A stretch of 61,324 nt of DNA, filler included, from Hausera hauseri (taxonomy: Eukaryota), in NCBI GenBank assembly GCA_046269625.1. It is 11 parts of 11 records of this genome, joined end to end, with 100 filler letters (N's around TTAATTAATTAA, not from the genome) between each part and the next. Parts side by side here need not be neighbours in the genome. Positions count along the whole stretch, not along the records: positions 11,229 to 15,821 come from JBJURY010513571.1; positions 15,922 to 22,797 come from JBJURY010055774.1; positions 22,898 to 27,015 come from JBJURY010749987.1; 8 more parts are not named here. The stretch is one strand, 5' to 3'. This document shows, one piece after another, positions 12,190-24,700 of the stretch. A model generated the notes under the pieces. That model was not told the origin of the DNA and did not search any database. It saw only the letters and a list, made by a program, of their open reading frames with translations. Positions within the stretch are counted from its first letter, which is position 1; each line of letters begins with the position of its first letter. The position numbers and the translations under genes were made by a program.

Positions 12190-13960
12190 TCATTCATTAA
12201 TCAATTTCCTAACCTTTATGATGTTGGTCAAACAAATATACCATTGTGATAAGTTCTAACTTGGCCAAGAGACAATCATTGTTGTATTTAGAAATGTGCG
12301 AAGACGCCAGACCGCACAAATTAGAAACAAAAGAAAAAAGTTATGTGCTATATCAAAAGCGCGAATTAATTTCGCTAGACAGAGTAGAAAGTTTGTTACG
12401 TAGATCTCGTAGTGTTTTTCATTGCGGACAGGTGCATGGACATTCATCGATAATAAAGCCGACAACTCCATGGATCCCAATGAATTTGGAAAAGCAATAT
12501 TGTAAACAAGGTAGAGAAACTGGTATGGTATGGAGCCCGAAATACAGCAATGAAAAATAATGAGATCATTTAAAGTAACAATTGTACAATTAGATATGCA
12601 TACAGCAGTATGCGCTGGAGCAGAATACTATACTGGAAAAGGAAAAGAAAGAGGTGTAATAGTTGACTTTTACGAAACCGAAATGCGAATGCAAAAGGCT
12701 ATGTTTCATAGTGTTACTAAGCACTATACTGAAAATCAGAAATGCCATATATAGGTCTGCACCTGCACTTTTAGAAGTTCTATTATAATATGGGAACCAC
12801 CATCTAAACAGATTGTAACTTTATGAAAATTAAAGAATTAAGCTTTAATGAAACTTCTGGGAAACTATACGTAAATAAAGCGGATGGTAGTACAAAATCA
12901 CGAGAAGACGTAGCAGTCCAACCTACGCCAATTATGTTAGTCTCTGACGTTCAAGGGATGAAATTTGTAAAAAAGGATGTACTCACCAGATGTGACGTAG
13001 TAATTGATGCCACTAACTATGTAGCATTTTTGTACCCCAAAAAATTAATATCAAAACTTTCAAACTCCAGACATAAAACGTACGAAGTGAAGATTACTGG
13101 AAAATAGAGACGATTACTTCTAATACAAAGGACAAGCTGGATTAACCTAACTGTATCATAAAATGATAACGCACGATTGTAAGTTTGATATGGAGATTAC
13201 GAGAACTAAACTGGCATTGATATATGCAAGCCCAGAGTTAGCGTCACCGATAATTCTAATGAGAGAAGGTATATTGGGTCGAGTTACGGGTGACGTTTTG
13301 TCCCCATTAATGTAGAAGCGAAGTGAACTTCCTGTCTTATATCAAAATACACAATGATTGGCTGTGCCACTTACTAGAGTTCTGCTGGCAAATACAATTC
13401 AACCAACGATTTTAAAAGAATGCAAGGCAAGTTTAGGAGAATCAATGTTCAGACGTAGTGAAACTGATTGGGTAAGCTTACCAAATTGAGATTGTTACTC
13501 CGCCCAGCAAATTGACTGGAACCAACTTGGTAAAAGAAGCAACGGACCACAAATTTCAAGATATCGCAACTAAAGGTATTTATAGACCAAAGGAAGTCGA
13601 AGAATTTAGGCAGTTTCTTGCTTTTCCACGTCAACGTATGCACAAATTAAATCGACCCATGTACACATTATTAGAAGATACTCGCTGTCAGGTGAAATGG
13701 GAATTATTACTTGGTGGTAACCATTACCAAACAGTAACCACAGAAATTTTACATAAAATTTGAGGAAGATTTTTAATTTTCGGAAAAGCCTCATCTTGAT
13801 TTATGGCAATGTATTTCCTAGTCAAATTAGTCAAAGCAGCGATTCAAGCAATCATAAATGAATACGAAATATTCACGTTGACAGGATTCTCGTGTAAAAT
13901 TTTAACTGCAATCATAACACCTCTTGGTAAATTTCTAAGAGCATACGAAGAGAGCAGGTG
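12190..13960 (+). pseudogene. Chuvirus-type (class III) fusion glycoprotein / env-like gene, decayed
   Basis: Signal-like SLINFLTFMMLVKQ plus YHCD, then RSVFHCGQVHGHSSI, YCKQGRETG, CAGAEY, SPELASPIILMREGILGRVTGDV, FQDIATKGIYRPKEVEEFRQFLAFP, and C-terminal FLIFGKASS..MAMYFLVKLVKAAIQAIINEYEIFTLTGFSCKILTAI. The order matches recalled chuvirus glycoprotein motifs. Confidence 0.78.
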
Positions 13961-14589
13961 GAAAACCAATGAGGAACGTCATGTTGGCTACCATAATCGT
14001 TAGCGACAAAGAAGACATACTTTCAAATATGGACGTAAACTCACTAGTTCAGATGATAAAGAACCTAAGGGAGGAGACGCCGTCTCCAGAATAAATAGAC
14101 ACAAACCATATTCTGTCATACAACCACTGTTGCCTATATTACTTCCGATCTCACCAGTATATAAAGATTGTGTCAAACGATCAGTGAGTTCATATCAAAC
14201 ATAAAACCTTTTATCTTCGAGGATCCTTATGAAGAAATGAAACACCATGGCGTATTAAGGAAAATGCATGAAACAACAAATACGTTTGCACCGCACAGAC
14301 GCCAATCAGTTGATGACCATAGAATATTATATTCCTCAAGAATACTTGGCACTATTGAAGCCAGACGGACAATTTTGAAAGACCAAGAAATGCAAATTTT
14401 CCGGAGCCCAGAACTGCGAACCATAATTAGAAGTGAAGAATCAGAAGTGGTCAATAATGAATAGTATCAGAACGGGGAATTGCGACAACTAGTTGTAAAC
14501 TAGTTATAAATTCCAGAAATCAGAATTAATTTATTTAAAGTATCAGTAATTAAGCACTCAAAAGTCACACCAAATTGTTATGGTACAAT

Positions 14590-14770
14590 AATAGAAGGAA
14601 GACTCTTCGCTAAAATTCATATTGAAGACTGAAAAGTCTATTCGCTAATTGGTACATGGTCAGAAATATCACTGATAAAGCAGAACTTTGATTATGTGAA
14701 AAAGAAGATAATGCACCATCAGTTCCAAATAAAAGTCTAACTAACCTTTCTGGGCATTGTGCAAACATAA
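14590..14770 (+). pseudogene. Retropepsin-like aspartic protease relic
   Basis: GRLFAKIHIED*KVYSLIGTWSEISLIKQ resembles ALIDTGSEISLI; D>G and G>W each need only one base change. Confidence 0.5.
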
Positions 14771-15039
14771 ATACAAAAACCCGAACAAGAAATGTGACAC
14801 AATTTGCAAGTTTAAATATGCATAATTAAATATTTCAAATGAGGATGCCAGAAAAAGTAGTCAAATTTTTTTCATAGTTTTAGACATAATTTATATCATG
14901 GTGGTCACCGCGTCTCTAATTTTCTATAAATTAATAAACTATAATTATTCAATAAAATGTTTTTCTTTTAGTTTTATTTGAAATGAAACAGTGCACAATT
15001 AAACCTTGGGCACCCTTTATTCTCAGTGATAATTACGTT

Positions 15040-15821
15040 AATTAATTCAATTAAGTCCTTTTGGGTTAGAGCTGTATCCAGAAGCATTTCCACACTAAAT
15101 CTTCGATTCTGTGGGTACATTACCACTCCATGAATGTGTACTGAAACTTTCGGAATTTCGTCGTTTACTCTATTTAAATGAGTCCCATTCTTGGTCGTTT
15201 TCGTTCTTTGGAGGTATGTAGTGGATTATTGGAGAGTATGATTGCTGGATGATATTTGCATTTTGCGCAATTGCTCTTATTTCGCGTAATCTCTGTTACA
15301 TTTCAGCCATGTGTGTCGTCCGAAAGCCAACTCTATTGCAGGATGCATGTTGCAAGAAGTTCAACAACTCATATAATTCATCCGCTTGGATAAATCCTTT
15401 TTCTGGGTAGTTGGCCAATTCTGAAGATACTTCTCGTTGCTATTTTTGTACAAATTCTAATTTATTAGCTATTTTTGACTAGGTAAAAGCGTACTTGTTT
15501 CTGTAGACCTCCTATTCCTTAGCCAATTTATCCATTTCGGTTTTTCTTGGGTCAACACGAATTTGGATTTTCTGAATACAACGTATCTGGCTTTGTAGGT
15601 GTCTCATTCTGTCATCGCTAATTTCGACTATTTCGGCTACTAGTAACAATGTTAGTTTCCTCATTTCTTTTAACACTCTGGAGTCTGGGTCTATTTCTTC
15701 AATTAATTTCTTTATGAAGTTAGTTTCCTCAAAAGTGAGTTGGTGGTGTTGGGCCTAAAACAGATACCTAACTAAATGCGTATAACTTCAAGTAAATCCA
15801 GCGAAATTCCAGACACGAATT
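15040..15821 (-). pseudogene. Decayed retrotransposon gag-protease relic
   Basis: The - strand reads PKVSVHIHGVV...FSVEMLLDTA (LDTG-like), preceded by heavily broken coding-like sequence. Confidence 0.4.
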
Positions 15822-15921
15822 NNNNNNNNNNNNNNNNNNNNNNNNNNNNNNNNNNNNNNNNNNNNTTAATTAATTAANNNNNNNNNNNNNNNNNNNNNNN
15901 NNNNNNNNNNNNNNNNNNNNN
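15822..15921. other. Artificial contig spacer
   Basis: N44-TTAATTAATTAA-N44. Confidence 0.99.
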
Positions 15922-16899
15922 TACAATATGATTCGACATGCGTACGCTGTATAACCTTGCAAAGATTTGGAAATGAAAACATGAATACATTATCCTACCG
16001 CCTGGCCGTCTTGACCTGACTGATCTACAGTTAAAATAAGAATCCTGTACTCTACAAATGGTTTCTAATTACAAATGGTTTCTCGGGCTAGATGAATCAA
16101 ATAATATTGCCGACATGAATTATATAGATACTAATTTGCTTAACCAATTGAAGTCTCTCCATGATATTGTTGACAAGAAAATCGATTTTCTGTTTTGACT
16201 CTAAGGAAATGTCAAAATTATCATTAGAATCAAATTCGTGTCAGGAGTGGGATGTAAGGCAATTGAATCAAACTCATTTATTGGATGACGGAATACCCGC
16301 TGTTGTTGATATTCGTATGACAATGTCTATGGCAATATCTACATAGGGGAGATTATTGTTCATCACGAGATGCTGTTATGGAATACACGTTGTGTATATA
16401 TATATAATATTATACAGATTGTGGACTTTGTGATTGTATAGTAAATTAGATTTCGATCAATTAGAAATTGATTTTTCTGCTGCTATGGCTATTGATAAAG
16501 ATAATTCTGAAATATAGCATATTGTCGGTAATGTCATATCTGCATTTATTAGTTCTGCTGATCCTTCTATCAGTTTGCTAATGGCTAATGTCGTTGATAA
16601 ATTTGTCAAATGTTTTCATGATCAATTGGATACCCAATGGATTGGATCTATTCGTGATTTAACATCTGTCATCCCATCTGATTTCCTTCTGATTTTCCTA
16701 ACATCATTTATCAGTCCTGTCATTCATAATTTATTCCATGATAATTTTGTACAACGGCAACAATTGGGTTTGTTGAGATTAATCAGCCGTTGACAGTTGA
16801 TATTACGCCATCAATGACAATGGATATACGTCATCATCATTACCGTTTTCAGCGTCAATTGCAGCCGTCAATAACAATGCAGTAAAACATGGAATTTAT

Positions 16900-17245
16900 T
16901 AAACATTAATGGATAATGAATCTGATGACTAACATTCATTACGAATTGATGCGACATTATCATCTTTATCACTAACAACAGCAACAACAACAATACAACA
17001 AAATGATATTGATAAACAACAAATTATTGATGATATTCGCCGAAAGGAATTTGGTATTGGACTCGAATTAGCCGTAACTGATGGAAAACTTGTCGATAAT
17101 TTCAACAAGCGAATGACGAGACTTGTTGAACATTTATCTGGAGATTTGTATGCTAATCCGAGACATTTCATATTGGCATTGTCACAAAATGCTGATAATC
17201 GATATGCTAATGGTGCTGTACCGACATTAGATTTTACTTGGTTGT
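16900..17245 (+). pseudogene. NO VEIN (NOV)/sacsin-like GHKL ATPase N-terminal fragment
   Basis: IIDDIRRKEFGIG...RMTRLVEHLSGDLYANPRHFILALSQNADNRY...PTLDF matches the NOV-family pattern IESIRREEFG...LS.ELYS.D.HF.LEL.QNADDN.Y...PTL.F. It may extend upstream to ~16160. Confidence 0.78.
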
Positions 17246-17247
17246 TT

Positions 17248-17907
17248 AATTTGGCAAATGATGATTTATTGAAGATCGATGAAAAGATTATATGAACGCA
17301 AGGCGTGTTGCAAAAGAATATGAATCGATGTGCCGTCGGTTCCTCCTCAGAACACACCGAGAGAAATTAAACAAGTTGAATTGTGGACAAAATATAAATT
17401 GGAAAAAGGCAATGCACTAAAAACGGAGGATTTGTTAACAGTAACCAAAAGAACTCTATTTGCATATGAACAGCGTATTCTTTGTTGGGGTCATCATCCC
17501 GATATTTGGCATGAAGCAGCCTCATACATGGAACAGGCGAGAAAATTGTTGGCAGATAAAGGGAACCAAAATAATGCAAAAAGTTCGCCGACAAAGTATC
17601 TGAAATGTATCAGCGATCTACCACGTTATTGAAAGATAATTTATTGTTAGCATTTGCGTTTGCCGATTACGAGGAAAGTCGCAGTCAATTTAACAAAGTC
17701 GAAGCCACTTACAATACTCTACGAGGAAATCAACAAATTGATCAGACATTGGTCCACATTCAGTATTCAAGATTTGTTCGTCGATCAAAGGTAATTACGG
17801 CCGATTGTGAGGTGTTCAAACAAACGCAGGAATATCCGAGAACGTCGTATCAAATTTACGTGAATGCTGCCAAAATGGAACATTGCACTAAGATAAAGGC
17901 ATGTTAA
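17248..17907 (+). pseudogene. CSTF3: Cleavage stimulation factor 77 kDa subunit (HAT repeat) internal fragment, intronless and frameshifted
   Basis: [33 protein letters not shown]...[47 protein letters not shown] are collinear with CstF-77. Confidence 0.93.
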
Positions 17908-18012
17908 TGTAATTTTATAATTGAATATCTTATCATAGACAATTAAATGGAAATCACTTAAAACCGACCAGGCAACTGGAACAAAACCTCCCCTGCCAGC
18001 GTCGATTGCGGC

Positions 18013-21000
18013 ATGGCGACACTTCTCACTGCTCTGTTCGCTGCGCAACCAAGGAGTTGCTTAGTTGAGGGACCGAGCACTCCTGCCTCCTATGCGCTCC
18101 AACATTCCCGCGGCATTACGCTACATCCCCTTTCCCTTTTTATTTTTTTATTCACAACAAACACATGCACTAAGTACTACATACAAACATACTGCACAGA
18201 CTTTACTCATTATCTCTCTTGGGCACCTCCGACTTACGCCATGAAATGGTTTGACCCTGCTCTCCCGATTCTCTATCGTCCTTTGCATTTAGCAAACATT
18301 CAATCATTCATCTCACTCTCCATTTTTGTATCCAGGGCGGTTCGGACCAATATCCTTCTGCTGAAAATTCCATAAAAACTAGATCGGGTCATCGCCCTGC
18401 TGACTTTACACCATCTGCTTCTAACCTTTCTTTTACGGAGTTTTCCCTCGATAAAACTAACTTAAGTCTCACCTGGCTACAATTTCATTTACAATGGCTT
18501 AAAGCCAATCATATTACGATTCTTTCTTGCGTGCCAACAATTTGTTACTTCTCCCAGCAAATATCAAGCAGCAAATCAATAATCTTGCTGACATTCTTCC
18601 TGAACACCGTACGACATGCTCTACCAATCTGTACTCCATACCACAGATCCACCAATTGATAATATAATACAAAAATACTTCAACGAGCATACTATAGGCA
18701 ATCGAAAGCCTTCTGATTTTCTACAGACCCCTATTTCACAATGACGCGCTCCTGGAGTTATTCCCACCAACAATGCGGATATGTTTCGTCGTTATTTCCG
18801 CTCCTCCTTGCTCACTTCCATTAGGGCACTACTTACTGTCGTCGACGGCTCAATGGCCATTGAAAAACTCTCCGTAATGGCTGATAAGAGTTGAAATTCT
18901 TCAACTGAATAATACATCGCCTATAGCTGCCGCAACCACTTATACGCCATCACACAGGCACCATTTTATTGTCACAATTTCAAATGATGCAGAAACAATG
19001 CGACACACTACAAAAATCAATTTCCACGATTACGGCCCAACTTAGTAATTTAGCTGTGCCTCGACGAAGTGAGACCCGTGTTTTGCGCGGTCGTAGGCTT
19101 TCCAGGAATTCCGCAGAGATGCAAAGAAGTGTCTCGGGCTGTCGATTTTACGACGAACGTTATGCCTTATCTGCATTTATCATACAAAATGTCAATCTCA
19201 GGTTAGGTCGTGTGTGCCGGGATGCAAACATTATAAAAAAATTCAGTTTTTCTCCATCTTCTCGCTCTTCTTTTCATTCCTCTTCTTTTTCCCAACAATC
19301 CTCTAAAAACTAACAACGCCGCCAGATGCCACGGCACATTCTCGTATAGGTAATACCGCTGTCTTCTGGCCGTCTGAACACCACCTCTGCAATTTTTCTG
19401 CTAAAAGCTGCGTTGTTCCCTAGCGATGTTTCACATATCGACTTCCTTATAGATTCCAGAGCTGCCTTTTCGCTCCTTCCCTTGTCCTTCACTTCTACAT
19501 GCACTATAGTTTCTTCTCCACCGCTCTTCACTACCAGTGGTTAACCGTTGACTTTACAGGTACCACGGAACTGATTTTCGCATTCGCCAACTTGCCAGAT
19601 AAGTTTGTCTGGAAATTCCACGTGGCCAATATTAAATCTCGCATAATCGGTTCAGATTTTCTGGCCGCACATGATCTGCTAGTTGACTGCAAGTATCGCT
19701 GTATGCTACGCAGACTCCGTCGTGGATGCTAACAAATTTCTTCCAAACAGCCCAGTATAAACACCATTGTTTGCTGCTATTAACTCACGTGAATTTGACA
19801 ACTTGTTCGTCGGCTGCTAACGATACATTTAGTAATTTATCCATTTTTTCAATTACATATAACGTATGAGTCGTTTTTAAAACATTCGAGTAAACGGAGT
19901 GTTGGTTGTGGCAGTTGCGGTCGTTCTTTGCCAATATTTTCCACTGTCGCATCTGATGATATGCCTCAATCATTCTCATCGCTTGATTCCAATCTCAAAT
20001 TTTTCTTGTTTCGACATATTGAAAAAGGACTGTAACTTTAAGCCTCCATCCACAACTTATCGCCATATAGTTACCTGTCATCAAAGACCTATCAGACAAT
20101 AGGTCATACTATTATCGCCTCGTATACGGAAAGCCGTGGAATCGGAGTTTAACGAACTTGAAAAGGCTGGTATTGTTTGCAGTTCAAAATCGCCATGGAC
20201 CTCATTACATGCAGTAGCAAAAAATATGGCACTTTTCGGCCATGTGGTGACAACCGTGAAGTAAAAAATCTTACCATCATGGATGCTTACCCGTCACCTC
20301 TCATAAAGGACATCGTGCACAGTCTTAACACCAATACTTATTCCACAATCGATCTGCACGAAGCCAATCATCAAATTCCAGTTGCACCTCACGACACTTC
20401 AAAGACTGCTGTTATTACTCCTTTCGACCTCTATGAGTACACCTTTATGCCATTTGTCTTACGTAGCGCTTCCCAAATTTTTCACCGACACATTGATATC
20501 GTTCTCTAAGGCCTTGACTTTGCTCATCCATACATTGATGACATTAGTTGCATCCACATCTGTTATACAACATTAAAAGCAACTCCGTATTATCTTTCAC
20601 AGACTAAATCACAGCAATTTACAAGTCACTTTCTCCAAGTGACATTTTTTTTAAAAACGTGTTAATTTCTTAGGCCACATCATCATTCCTCACGGCCACT
20701 GTACACAACCTGATCGACTTTAACAATTGAAAAACATAACGCTATTAACAACTACTGTGGATATGAGGAGTTTTTAGGCACACTCCAATTCATCCACAAA
20801 TACGTACCACATTGCTCTGAGTTTACAGCACCTTTCGCACATCTATCATCCGGGAAAGAAGGCAATTAATCCACTGGGCTCCTGATTTAGTCACCAAATT
20901 TGATCACTTACGCTAAGGCCTAAAAACGCAGATTTTATACTTACCACCGATGCCTCTACCACAGCTACCGGTGCAGTACTACACCATATTTCCAACGGAG

Positions 21001-21945
21001 TCGACGAACCATTAGAATTTTACTCCTGAAAACTCAACCCGAAAGCCGTTACTCAACATTTGACTGTGAGTTACTCGCCATAGTTCTGGCAATAAACCAT
21101 TTAAAACACCTTCTCTCGTCATTCGTTATCCAAAGTGATCACAAGCCTCTCTTTCATATAATGTCTCTAAAGCAGCCTTCAGCGAGACAATAACGACAGA
21201 TATAATACCTGTCTACATTCGATTTTGTTTTAAAATACATTTCAGGCACAGACAATTTGGTAGCAGATTTTCTGTCGAGGTCGGTTGGCTCCATTACAGT
21301 TGAGCCGATTTTCTCATCCGAAGTCTTAAAGGCTAATCAACCATCTGCTGACTTCCTTAGCTCCTTCAAATCGTTTGAGATCATTGATGACATTGAATAT
21401 GATACGTCGAAGTTCGGTAATAAAAAGATCATTCTAACTCCACCTTTAGAAAAGTCTGCTTTCCTTCATACGCATTCACTAAATCATTGGGGTTCGAAAG
21501 CAATCTTTCGCCTGCTTCAACGTCATGTAGTATGGCCATCAATGCGCAAAGATATACAGGACTAGGTTAAGGAATGCGTAGCCTGTCAAAAATACAAAAT
21601 CAGTAAACATCTTAAACCTCCGCTGTACCATTCCCCTATACATCACGTTTTCATACAGTTCATCTTGATCTCGTTGGTCCTTTACCTTCTGACAACGGGC
21701 ATCAACATATTCTTACTATGATGGATCGTGCTTCTCGCTGGCCTCAAGCCGTTCCTATTCGTTCAACTAACACTGATTCAGTAGCCGACGCCTTTATAAA
21801 AATCTGGAGCAGTCGTTTTGGTTCCCCACGTTATATAATAACAGATCAAGGACCGCAATTTGAATCGGAACTCTTCAAATTACTTGTTAAACTCTTGGGG
21901 ATATCCAATTTCCACACAACACCATATCATCCTCAAGCAAATGGT
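18013..21945 (+). mobile_element. CsRn1-clade Ty3/Gypsy retrotransposon, decayed (Ubl-gag-PR-RT-RH-IN)
   Basis: Gag IGNRKPSDFL and CHCC knuckle CIYHTKCQSQVRSCVPGC; PR FLIDSRAAFS; RT FRPCGD, YSTIDL, PYIDD; RH TTDAS, ELLAI, VADFLSR; IN VHLDLVGPL, ITDQGPQF, TTPYHPQANG. Confidence 0.92.
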
Positions 21946-22720
21946 GGAAAATGTATATAGTATTCACTTAATAAAATTCCTTTGTCATCACACGCATCAC
22001 GCTTGAAATGAAATACTAATTCTGCTAAGTCACTTCTCATGCCATAACACTCATTCACATTAGCTAATTTTCGACCAATCCCAATTCCCCTTGAATTCGA
22101 TCCATAGAAATTCCTCCTCCCAACCAACCTACTATTCATTCTCACTCTATTCAATCTTACAAATAACTTAATTTGCTGGGCCCATACCTTTACATGGAGG
22201 AAAAACTCATCTTTGACTTTGTTTCCCAGTGCACCCCTTTTAACCCCTTTAAGCACGCCGACAAGCACTCCAGCAGCACAGCCCATGTAAACATTCACGG
22301 AGTCAAAATTTTGAAAACAGTAACTATTAATCTTGTTAAATTCACCTCTATCTGAATCTACAGCAACATTGTCCGGTTCGCCTCTGACGTCAAGTCTCTC
22401 ACAGAGATAACAGTAGTAATGTCGATATTCTTCGTAAGAACTGTGGTGCCGGCGTAGACTGTTGCCCTCCGGCCCATTCGGTTGGTGCGGCCGGGTTTTC
22501 CGTTGCCGACGTATAGGGCGCATAGACGAGCCCTGATTTTCTACCTCGAAAGTGACAACGGATCCCAAGTTTTTATTCAAATCATCAATTTCCTATTTGG
22601 GATAATATAGTTGTAGAGAATAAAATGCGGAAAAATGCAGACAAAGTCAAAGCACTGTTAGAAGCACCCTTCCAAGAAAATCCGGAAGATGTCAAACGTT
22701 TCCTTGTAATGGTAACATAT

Positions 22721-22797
22721 TCACCAAATTTGATCACTTACGCTAAGGCCTAAAAACGCAGATTTTATACTTACCACCGATGCCTCTACCACAGCTA
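22721..22797 (+). repeat. Exact 77-bp copy of 20891-20967 at the contig end
   Basis: tcaccaaatt...acagcta is identical at both positions and the identity stops immediately upstream. Confidence 0.95.
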
Positions 22798-22897
22798 NNN
22801 NNNNNNNNNNNNNNNNNNNNNNNNNNNNNNNNNNNNNNNNNTTAATTAATTAANNNNNNNNNNNNNNNNNNNNNNNNNNNNNNNNNNNNNNNNNNNN
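22798..22897. other. Artificial contig spacer
   Basis: N44-TTAATTAATTAA-N44. Confidence 0.99.
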
Positions 22898-23369
22898 CTG
22901 CACACGGGACAAGTTCATAGGTGTTCCAATTTCATCCTCAGTATATCTGTCAGCATGCAATGACAGTTCTGGTTCAGTGTTGGTTAATAAAACGACTTCT
23001 ATTCCCCCAGTGACGTTCATATCCAGCAGAAACCTCCTCTCCATATCCTATACTGTATGTCCCTCACAACAAGTTTTTCATTTGCAAGTCTTCAACTGCT
23101 GTTAATCCTGTCATTTCTATTACACTGTATATTGTCGCTTCCTCGTTACTATATTTACTTACAGCACATATAAATGCAGACCCGTTCTTAAAAAAAAAAA
23201 AAAAATTAAATAAAAAACTTGTATTCAGAAAAGTGGCACAATTTGGTGCCCTAATTTTTTTTACATTTTGTTCAAATAAAAATGTGAAATTTCCAACCGA
23301 ATGATATCACAAGAGGCAAGCACAAACAGTAGCCGCAATATCTAGTGTGGTAATACAACCACTGATGAT

Positions 23370-24700
23370 GATGGAATTAAAAAGAGGAAATGTTCAAAAT
23401 TTTCAATGGCACAAAAAGTTGTTGTTACAGAAACTTGAATGTTTGTAAGTGGTTAAACATTTGGCTGAACAATACAGAGTTGGTTTATCAACAAGCTTTG
23501 AAGAACCAGAAAAATAAATTGTTGATGCTCTATGATGAACGTGATGAAGAGAAACTGGCAAACAAATGGAAAACATTGGTAAAACTAAGAATGAAGATCC
23601 TAAACATGTTTCTGAGGGAATGGATCTGGCAGTGCCAAATAGAAAACATGCCACTAACTGGGATTCTTATCAAGCAAGAAATCAACCACAATGATTTAAA
23701 ACTGGAATGCAATTGTAAATATTCATCAGGCTGGTTGTACAGAAAAGACAGGATTAAAGTTTCAAACAACTGTGGTAAAAAAGCATATGCTGTCAATGAA
23801 GCTGCAGAACTGATTGAGTAGTGCGGCTAAAATCATTGCTTATGAAAATCTTTCGCCAGATTGATTAAACAAAAAGATTGATTAAATGTTGATTAAACAG
23901 CACTGTTTTTGCCCTGAAAGACACTGAATAAACCAAGAGGCAGCTCTTAATGGAATTAAGAATGCCAAGAGCAGGTTAGGTGTCTGTAAGACACGTCATT
24001 CACATAATGCTATAATAAAAGACAGACTCGAAGATAAGGTCTCCAGCATTATTATTGGTGACCCCTGCCTGCAGAATCTGTGGGTGATTGACTGTCAGTT
24101 ATACGGTGTGGTTTGAGAATGTGACAGGAGGCTGCATATATTCCCCACTTCAATTGTTATAGGCAAAATATTCCCGCCTTCTTTCGATCACATCAATTTC
24201 TTCCTTTCAAATGTGACTTGACTAAATGTGACCAAGGTATCTTTAAGTCTTTGATGTGTCATTACAAAACCTATTTCTTGAACGCCATGCTAGCAGCGGT
24301 GAACAGAAGTGTCCATTTGGACATTTTCAAAAAGTTTAATAGGATGGATTTTACTGCAAAGCTTTTAAATGAAACTATCTTAAAAACACATTGGTACATG
24401 CCTTGTACACCTCTGGTTTGTGACTATGTTCATTCATGATTCAGATGATCAGGAAGACTTCTAAGGATTCTGCATGTCAAAAGAAAGGAAAAGGACTTCT
24501 GACCTCCTCATATATACCAAGAACATATCTTCAGAGTCCATTAGAAACCTGGCAGAGGTGGTTATCAAGCAGGCTTTTAACAATAATAAAGCTCCAACTG
24601 TGCATTCTTCAACTGATGGTGAAACAGCTGAAATGTTTCTGAACCATGGGGAATGTGCTAATAGTGTTGATAGATGATACAGTGAGAATGTGTGATATGC
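23370..24700 (+). pseudogene. Tigger/Jerky-like pogo (CENP-B/DDE_1) transposase relic
   Basis: KRKC...HLAEQYRVG (HTH), LREWIWQ...MPLTGILIKQ, SSGWL (CENP-B HTH), CDQGIFKSL..HYK (PMDQG-like). Many lesions. Confidence 0.8.

Noticed and set aside
5997-15821. Chuvirus-type glycoprotein as env of the adjacent FN3/RING element
   Set aside because: The two are separated by a spacer and on opposite strands; linkage cannot be shown.
21933-22580. 215-aa ORF on the - strand
   Set aside because: No recognisable motif; it spans the junction of low-complexity retroelement tail and unrelated sequence, so probably a chance ORF.
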